From assembly GCA_965203555.1 (NCBI GenBank), contig CBDBCY010000004.1, positions 800,001 to 864,000 on the forward strand: a DNA stretch of 64,000 nucleotides, read 5' to 3'. The notes below the pieces were generated by a model, which was given only the letters and a program-made list of their open reading frames with translations, searched no databases and was not told where the DNA came from. The position numbers were made by a program, and so were the translations under genes. The stretch is from Acidimicrobiia bacterium. GTDB taxonomy: Bacteria > Actinomycetota > Acidimicrobiia > Spongiisociales > ZC4RG35. Below are positions 57,739 to 64,000 of this stretch, piece by piece (the first letter of the stretch is position 1; each line of letters begins with the position of its first letter).

Positions 57739-58749
57739 TCACGTACTGCTGAGTTCGATTACCTGGTCGAGCACCTGTTCCGCCGCTCCCGAATCAATAG
57801 ACCTTGCCGCCATACGGGCCCCATCCGTCGCCGTTTCCGCCAACCCGGCCACCATCAGCGTCGCAGCCGCGTTGGCCACCGCCGCGTCCCGGCGGGGACC
57901 GACCTCACCGGCCAACACGGACCGGAGCATCATGGCGTTGCGGCGGGCGTCTCCTCCTATCAGTTCGGAAACATCAGAAGACGCCAGACCGAAGTCATCG
58001 GGGGTGAACACGATCGGTGTAACCTCGCCGCCCGCCAATTCGAAGCCCCTGGTGGGGCCTGAGACCGACACTTCATCCAACCCGTCGTCGGCATGGATCA
58101 CCAATGCCCGCTCCGTCCCGAGACGGGAAAGCACTCCGATCATCCGCTCCGCCATCCGGCTGTCGTAAACGCCGATCAGTTGACGAGTGGCGCCTGCCGG
58201 ATTGGTGAGCGGCCCCAGAAAATTGAAAACGGTGGGTATCCCCAATTGACGCCGGATCGGAACCACATACTTCATGGCCGGGTGGTACCGGGGAGCAAAG
58301 AAGAACCCGAATCCGGCCTCCCTAACCATCTCGGCGGTTTGTTCCGGCGCAAGTTCGATGCCCATTCCCAGGGCTTCCAATACATCCGCCGATCCGCACT
58401 TCGAGGAAGCCGACCGGTTTCCGTGCTTCGCCACTTTGGCACCGGCTCCCGCTGCGATCAGGGCGGCGGTAGTGGAGATGTTGAAAGTGCCGGAGCGATC
58501 TCCTCCGGTCCCGGCCGTGTCCACCACCGGCTCCCCTATCGATACCCTGACGCCCACGGCCCGCATGGTCTCGACCAGGCCGGCCATCTCATCGGTGGTT
58601 TCACCCTTGATTCGAAGCGAGACCAAAAAAGCAGACGTCTGAGCCGCGGTGGCCTGTCCGCTCATGATGTCATTCAGGGCCGCCCGGGCCTGCTCCCGGC
58701 TCAAGTCCTCCCCGGCCGTCAGCTTTCCGAGTACATCAGCCCAGTTCAT
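57739..58749 (-). CDS. trpD: Anthranilate phosphoribosyltransferase
   Basis: DTAGTGGD, NIST, KHGNR, GSADVLE, DGLDE. Confidence 0.96.
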   Translation of the reverse strand: MNWADVLGKLTAGEDLSREQARAALNDIMSGQATAAQTSAFLVSLRIKGETTDEMAGLVETMRAVGVRVSIGEPVVDTAGTGGDRSGTFNISTTAALIAAGAGAKVAKHGNRSASSKCGSADVLEALGMGIELAPEQTAEMVREAGFGFFFAPRYHPAMKYVVPIRRQLGIPTVFNFLGPLTNPAGATRQLIGVYDSRMAERMIGVLSRLGTERALVIHADDGLDEVSVSGPTRGFELAGGEVTPIVFTPDDFGLASSDVSELIGGDARRNAMMLRSVLAGEVGPRRDAAVANAAATLMVAGLAETATDGARMAARSIDSGAAEQVLDQVIELSST

Positions 58750-58763
58750 AGCCTGTTAGTCCC

Positions 58764-59396
58764 TCAGGCGTCGACCGAGTCGGTACGCGCCACCTTGGTA
58801 ACCAGCCAGGCCACAGCCCCGCCGACCAAAGGCGCCACGATGTACAGCCAGATGCCGCTCAGGTCGCCGGCCACCACCGCCGGGCCCAGCGATCGAGCCG
58901 GGTTTACCGAAGCCCCGGAGATGGGTATTCCTGCCAAATGGATAGCGACCAGCGCCAGTGAGATCACCACCCGGGCGTGGCTGAGACCCTGGCTTCCCAC
59001 CACCATGATCACCAACACAAAGGCGCCGGTTAGGATGATCTCGGCGCCGAAGGCGGGACCGGTGTCTCCGAAGGTGTTCATAGTGTCGGCTACGGCATCC
59101 GATCCCTTCATGGCCAGCACGGCCAGCGACGCCAGAACCGCACCGATGACCTGGGCGATCCAGTACCCGATCATGTCAGCGGTGCTGAGGGCGCCGCCCA
59201 ACCGCATCGCCAGGCTAACCGCGGGATTGAAGTGTCCTCCGGAAATGTGACCTACCGAATAAAGGGCGATGAGCAGCGCCAGTCCGAATCCGAATCCCAC
59301 GATCAGCAGGTTCCCACCTGAAGAGAGGGCAGCCATCGACCCTATTGCCACCAGAATGAAAGTGCCGATCAACTCGGCGATATACGACTGCTTCAT
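58764..59396 (-). CDS. Aquaporin (MIP family)
   Basis: SGGHFNPAV and SVNPARS (two NPA motifs). Confidence 0.93.
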   Translation of the reverse strand: MKQSYIAELIGTFILVAIGSMAALSSGGNLLIVGFGFGLALLIALYSVGHISGGHFNPAVSLAMRLGGALSTADMIGYWIAQVIGAVLASLAVLAMKGSDAVADTMNTFGDTGPAFGAEIILTGAFVLVIMVVGSQGLSHARVVISLALVAIHLAGIPISGASVNPARSLGPAVVAGDLSGIWLYIVAPLVGGAVAWLVTKVARTDSVDA

Positions 59397-59483
59397 ATTG
59401 TTCTCCTCCAGGCTATGCGATCAACATCGTAAAACTCTACCCTTCTCGGCTAACAGGATCCGGGTCATCGCTGAAACGGGAAG

Positions 59484-59879
59484 GTGACAAGCTTGAGAAT
59501 TCCTAGCGTCCGATTGCGAGCCTTGGTATTGGGCACGGCCGTGGGACTCCTGGCGGTGGCGTTCGTCACCCTCGTCGAGTGGTGGCTGGGCGCCCTGGGC
59601 TGGGAACTCTTCCCGGGTTTCGGCAGCGCAGACAGCCGGGGGGGCGGCGCCGTGGGGGGATTGGTGGCGGGGGTGCTGGTCGGCGGGTGGGTGTCAGGAC
59701 GGTCCGTCTCCCTGCAACAACGCTTCCACGGCTCCGTAACGGGGCTGGCAATAGTCGCAGTCCTGGTAATGCTGGCCGCCACCGGAGGCGCCAACGTCAC
59801 GATTTCCCAGGTGCTGCCGGCGGCATTGCTGGGAGTCGTCCTCGGCGGACTCACCGGATGGTGGGCCGGACGCCGATGA
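59484..59879 (+). CDS. Hypothetical 4-TM membrane protein
   Basis: Gly-rich hydrophobic ORF between the aquaporin and rnpB. Confidence 0.6.
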   Translation: MTSLRIPSVRLRALVLGTAVGLLAVAFVTLVEWWLGALGWELFPGFGSADSRGGGAVGGLVAGVLVGGWVSGRSVSLQQRFHGSVTGLAIVAVLVMLAATGGANVTISQVLPAALLGVVLGGLTGWWAGRR

Positions 59880-59962
59880 ACAGAGCCCTGCGGAGACCGG
59901 GAGACTCGGCAGGTCAAACCGCTGGAAGGGCACCGGATTTGTGACATAACATACAAAGCAAA

Positions 59963-60339
59963 GAGCGAGTTCGCCGGGTGACCGCGGGCGTAGGGTAAAA
60001 CCGAGGCTTGAGGAAAGTCCGGACTCCACAGGGCAGGGTGCTGGGTAACGCCCAGGCGGGGCGACCCGACGGAAAGTGCCACAGAGAACAGACCGCCGAT
60101 GGCTCTTGACCAGAGAGCACAGGCAAAGGTGAAACGGTGGTGTAAGAGACCACCAGCGCGCCGGGTAACCGGGGCGGCTGGTAAACCCCACCCGGAGCAA
60201 GGCTAAGCAGGGACGCGGCGGCCCATCGAATCGTCCCGGGTGAGCCGCACGAGGTCGCCGGCGACGGCGATCCCAGATGGATGGTCACCGGGGGCCGGAA
60301 ACGGTCCCCACAGAATCCGGCTTACAGGCGAACTCGTTC
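59963..60339 (+). ncRNA. rnpB: RNase P RNA (type A)
   Basis: GAGGAAAGTCCGGACTCC, GGAAAGTGCCACAGA, ACAGAATCCGGCTTA; terminal helix CGAGTTCGCC/GGCGAACTCG. Confidence 0.97.
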
Positions 60340-60381
60340 TCATCCTGTTTTCGAACCGGTGACCGAGACCTGCCATTCCTT

Positions 60382-61194
60382 TCAGGTGACCGCGATCTCT
60401 ATTCTGCAATGGTCGCTTGGTCCCCACTCTTCAACACCGTTCAGGGCCCGTACTTCTACGGAGTCCGCCATGCCCTGTGAGGCGAACACGTAATCAATCT
60501 GGTCTCTCGCCGTGGCGGGGGATTCCCCGATTCTCTGGTAGGTGGGAACGTTCAGGCTGTCCTCCGGCAACCAGGTCGGCCAGGGATCGGCCTGCCGTCC
60601 GTGAGGATGCTGTGGCCCGACCAGAGGAAGCCCAATGGCCTCCATGCGCTCGAAGACAGTGTCGCTGCGCCGTTTCCAGTAGTCGTTCCCTCCGTAGCCA
60701 TGCCAGACGGTGAGATCACCCGCCGCCACGATGCGGTGTCCCCTCTGTTTCCCTATCAGCAGCGACAGGTCAGAGATGATCCGATGCACGGAAGCGTCGA
60801 CTATGTACATCTTGCCTACGGATCGATAGACCTTGTCGTATGCCGCGCAGATCGAGGCGGCGATGAACGGTGTCACGCCCGGTCCGGAAACGATAGCGGC
60901 CGCAATGGCTCCTGGTTGACTCTCAACGAAGTCGCCTCCCCGCGCCTCGGTAATCGGCACGGGCTCCAGCCATTCCACCTGAATCCGATCGGAGAGCTTC
61001 ACGACGGCCGCCCGCGAGAACCTGTATCCATCGGCGTCATGGAACGGCGCCGGGTCCACCTCAACCTGCCCAGCCACATCATCAGGCGGCAGGTTCGTCT
61101 CCTGTAAGAGTGCAACGTCCGCCTCGCAACCGAGCAGGAACCGCCAAGCGGCACGTCTACGTGCGATGTTCCAGCAGACGATCTTCACTGTCAT
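60382..61194 (-). CDS. Endonuclease/exonuclease/phosphatase family protein
   Basis: IVCWN, ALLQE, AAGD, QIDYVF, PSDHC. Confidence 0.85.
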   Translation of the reverse strand: MTVKIVCWNIARRRAAWRFLLGCEADVALLQETNLPPDDVAGQVEVDPAPFHDADGYRFSRAAVVKLSDRIQVEWLEPVPITEARGGDFVESQPGAIAAAIVSGPGVTPFIAASICAAYDKVYRSVGKMYIVDASVHRIISDLSLLIGKQRGHRIVAAGDLTVWHGYGGNDYWKRRSDTVFERMEAIGLPLVGPQHPHGRQADPWPTWLPEDSLNVPTYQRIGESPATARDQIDYVFASQGMADSVEVRALNGVEEWGPSDHCRIEIAVT

Positions 61195-61306
61195 GCTAGG
61201 CACCTGCCAGTGCGAAACTGGTGCGATCGGCAGGAACACCCCTCGAAGGCGACTTCAGCGGAACCTGCCACTTGCACTGGGAACGGCTCGTCCACTTCCT
61301 GCTTCC

Positions 61307-61477
61307 CTACCAGAAACGAACCTGGAGTCGGTCCCCAACTCCTTCGCAAGCCGCCCACTCTCGAATGAAACCTACCAGTTCAGCCAAAGTGTCAGCTCCA
61401 CCGGTGAACCCAAGGTCTCCCTCGGCCCACCAAAGCGCGCCTTGATCACGATTCAGGTGAACGCGAACGGTGTACAT
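61307..61477 (-). CDS. Small HicB-like protein or fragment (56 aa, absent from the ORF track)
   Basis: MYTVRVHLNRDQGALWWAEGDLGFTGGADTLAELVGFIREWA..; GAAGG upstream. Confidence 0.45.
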   Translation of the reverse strand: MYTVRVHLNRDQGALWWAEGDLGFTGGADTLAELVGFIREWAACEGVGDRLQVRFW

Positions 61478-61622
61478 CAGAAGCCTTCTTTCATAAGGGC
61501 ATGCAAAGCAGTTATTTCTTTGCCTAACTAATGGCTGATCCTGTTCAGCAGGTCAAAGACCTTCTGGCCTTCAAGACTGGGAATCTCGAGACTAGCACCA
61601 GATTCGACTTTGAACGGTCCAT

Positions 61623-62888
61623 TCAGGATGCGAGGTAACGCAGAGCGGCCAACGCATAGATCCGGGAGGCTTCGTAAACTCCGGTGGCCGCCAAGTGTTC
61701 GTTGGGAGCGTGTGCCCGTGGCAGGTATCCCGGGCCGAAGGCCGCAACCGAGGGAATCCCGGCCGTGGCCTGGAAGCTGTAGGCGTCGGTGGCGCCGGGG
61801 AAGATGGCAGGTTCCAGTTCTTTTCCCAGCACATGGGAAGTGGCATGCCGGATTGCGCTCACCACCGGATGATCGAAAGGAATCTCGGTGGCGGGAACCC
61901 CTCCCTCGATTGTCAGCTTCGCCCGGAGCCGGGGATTGGCCGCCATGGCGTCATCCAGGAAACGTTGGATGTCGGCCCTGACGCTCTCGACAGTCATCCC
62001 AGGTGTCAACCGTATGTCGCAGGCGAACCACCCGTTTCCCGGGTAGACCCCATAGAAGACCCCTGATTCCGACATGACGCCCACATTGACAGTGGGACCG
62101 GGTCCCCCCAAATGGTGCGGTTCGTAAGTCAGGTAGCTCTTCATCCGAGTGTGCATCCGCTGGATGAGCCAGGCCATCTCCACCGTGGCGTTCACCGGGT
62201 CGAACCGATCGGAAACGCTGGAATGCATCTGCGTCCCGATGACCTCTATCTTGACCAGGGCAGCGCCCCGGGAGACCACACCGATGTTCTCCCATTCCGA
62301 AACCACTCCGCATGGCTCCCCGATTATGGCCGCGTCTGCATCCAGGTAGCCTTGTCCGGCCATCCACTTGGAGCCCAGGTTCGAACCGGCTTCCTCGTCG
62401 GCGGTGAACACCAACTGGAGTTCCCCCGACCACCCCGACACTCGGGACACAGCCGCCCCCGCGTACACCATGGCGGCCACCGCCACCTTCATGTCCCCCG
62501 AACCGAGACCGTACAGGTTGCCGTCCCGGACCACCGGATCCCATGGATCTGTCTCCCAACGAGCCATGTCGCCCGCCGGTTTGGTATCGAGATGTCCGGA
62601 CAGGACCAGCGTGGGACCGTCGCCGGGGCCGGGAATCCTCACTATCAGATTGGGACGTCCCACCACCTGCGCCAACTCGGTTATGTCCGTGATCCCCAAT
62701 CGCTCCAGCCGCTGCATCACCACCTCCGCCACCGCCACTTCCCCGCCGGGAGGATTGGGACTGGGAGTGGCGATCAGTTCCCGGGCAAACGCCAACTGTT
62801 CTTCGGCGGTTTCCTCCAAGAAGGAAAGTACATCGATTTCGGAAGCGGTCAGATCAGCCACGACCAAAACATTAGCCGTCTGTGGCAA
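61623..62888 (-). CDS. M20 family metallo-hydrolase (ArgE/DapE-like)
   Basis: SGHLDT, GLGSGDMK, DEE, GEP, GATD, AHAPNE. Confidence 0.9.
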   Translation of the reverse strand: MPQTANVLVVADLTASEIDVLSFLEETAEEQLAFARELIATPSPNPPGGEVAVAEVVMQRLERLGITDITELAQVVGRPNLIVRIPGPGDGPTLVLSGHLDTKPAGDMARWETDPWDPVVRDGNLYGLGSGDMKVAVAAMVYAGAAVSRVSGWSGELQLVFTADEEAGSNLGSKWMAGQGYLDADAAIIGEPCGVVSEWENIGVVSRGAALVKIEVIGTQMHSSVSDRFDPVNATVEMAWLIQRMHTRMKSYLTYEPHHLGGPGPTVNVGVMSESGVFYGVYPGNGWFACDIRLTPGMTVESVRADIQRFLDDAMAANPRLRAKLTIEGGVPATEIPFDHPVVSAIRHATSHVLGKELEPAIFPGATDAYSFQATAGIPSVAAFGPGYLPRAHAPNEHLAATGVYEASRIYALAALRYLAS

Positions 62889-62924
62889 TGGGGCCAGTAA
62901 TCGAAGACTCTCGGATGCAGGTCT

Positions 62925-64000
62925 CTAAAGTCGTCGGGAACCACAAAACGGCAGATCGGTCACCTCAGTCTCTCGAGGTCCGGTCGGATGGTCAGCCGTC
63001 AGCACCGTGCCGGTCCGGTTGTGGGGAACATCAACCAGGGCCAAGCCGATGTTGCGTTCCAACCGGGGCGAATAGGCCGCCGCCCGGACCGTTCCCACCG
63101 CCTGGGAACCCAGCATGATCGGCCAGGGGTGCTCCAAACCACCAACATGATTTCCTTCGATCCACAAACCCACCAGTTGTCTGCTCAGCCCGGCGGATCG
63201 CTTGCGTATCAGGGCATCCCTGCCAATGAAATCGACACCCGAGTCCAGATCCAGGAATCTGTCCAGTCTCGCCTCAAAGGGATCAACATCGTCAGGAGTG
63301 TCACCCCGGTAGGACAACAGAAAACTCTCTATGCGCTCGGCGTTGTTGGGAGCGCCCGGGATGATGCCATGCAGTTCTCCCGCCCCGGCCACCAGTCGCC
63401 ACAGGTCAGACCCCCGGTCTCGATCGAGCAGGTACACCTCAAAGCCCCCCTGCTTGGACCATCCGGCCCGGCCCACCCACACCGGAATTCCTTCCACCGT
63501 GGTTGCCCGGTATCTGAAGAAACCCAGATCGCGCACCCATTCCCCCAGCAGATCCGCCATCACTTTCTCCGCCAGGGGACCCTGGACCGCCAACGGGTAT
63601 ACGTCAGGAATGGTTACCCTCACATCCAGTCCGCGTTCGGCCCCCACCGCCCTGCACCAGTACACCATGTCACTGTCAGCCAGGGACAGCCACCACCGGT
63701 CGGTGTCCACTCTCAAAGCCAGCGGGTCGTTCATGAGACGACCGCTGTGATCAACCATCGGGGCGTACTTGGCTTGACCCACCGCCACATTCGACAGGTC
63801 CCGGCACACCACTGCCTGGGCCAGCGTGCCGGCATCCGGACCGGACAGCTCCACCTGCACCTGGCAGGCGACATCCCACATCACCACCCCGTCGATGAGC
63901 CGCCAATACTCAGCGACCTCGTCCCCGTAGGACACGGGCAGGAGCATGTGGTTGTACACCGAGAAGCGCTTCGCCCCCGCCGCCACCGTGCAATCGAAGA
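62925..64000 (-). CDS. GcvT-family aminomethyltransferase, DmdA-like (5' end probably outside the window)
   Basis: YNHMLLP, WDVA, NDP, WWLSLADSD, AVQGP, GWSKQGGFEVY, PNNAERIES. Confidence 0.8.
   Translation of the reverse strand, partial: FDCTVAAGAKRFSVYNHMLLPVSYGDEVAEYWRLIDGVVMWDVACQVQVELSGPDAGTLAQAVVCRDLSNVAVGQAKYAPMVDHSGRLMNDPLALRVDTDRWWLSLADSDMVYWCRAVGAERGLDVRVTIPDVYPLAVQGPLAEKVMADLLGEWVRDLGFFRYRATTVEGIPVWVGRAGWSKQGGFEVYLLDRDRGSDLWRLVAGAGELHGIIPGAPNNAERIESFLLSYRGDTPDDVDPFEARLDRFLDLDSGVDFIGRDALIRKRSAGLSRQLVGLWIEGNHVGGLEHPWPIMLGSQAVGTVRAAAYSPRLERNIGLALVDVPHNRTGTVLTADHPTGPRETEVTDLPFCGSRRL

Noticed and set aside
59465-60288. ORFs overlapping 59963-60339
   Set aside because: They are antisense translations of RNase P RNA.
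1-64000. CRISPR array, IS transposase, integrase or prophage
   Set aside because: No regularly spaced repeats and no recognisable transposase, integrase or phage ORFs.

Overview
GC-rich actinobacterial chromosome segment, most consistent with class Acidimicrobiia. That placement is an inference from the pgsA-patA-pimA, mshD, lexA/LysM, rny and System I ccm content; a marine or sponge-associated origin is plausible but unproven. The window is mostly housekeeping: PIM lipid genes, EF-G2, gltA, thrS, 5 tRNAs, dut, lexA, dapF-miaA-miaB-rny-recA-thpR-cinA, leuCD, xpt, mdh, gltX, ilvE, ppk2, ccmABCDEFHIG, trpD, aquaporin and RNase P RNA, with small accessory islets between them. Standout observations: (1) two tandem, translationally coupled lipoprotein thioredoxins, each with an in-frame UGA at the catalytic position (W-U-x-x-C) followed by the same covarying SECIS-like hairpin, i.e. 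predicted extracytoplasmic selenoproteins beside a System I cytochrome c maturation cluster; (2) a single 963-aa ORF joining an MshD-like tandem GNAT to a complete threonyl-tRNA synthetase; (3) an HsdR_N-type nuclease with a SeqA-C-like tail; (4) an archaeal (type II)-like GAPDH; (5) a divergent second beta-clamp next to an orphan MT-A70 methyltransferase; (6) shared PafBC-type (RecA-NDp-like) promoters on recA and a DUF222-HNH gene. All calls are by eye; no database searches were run.
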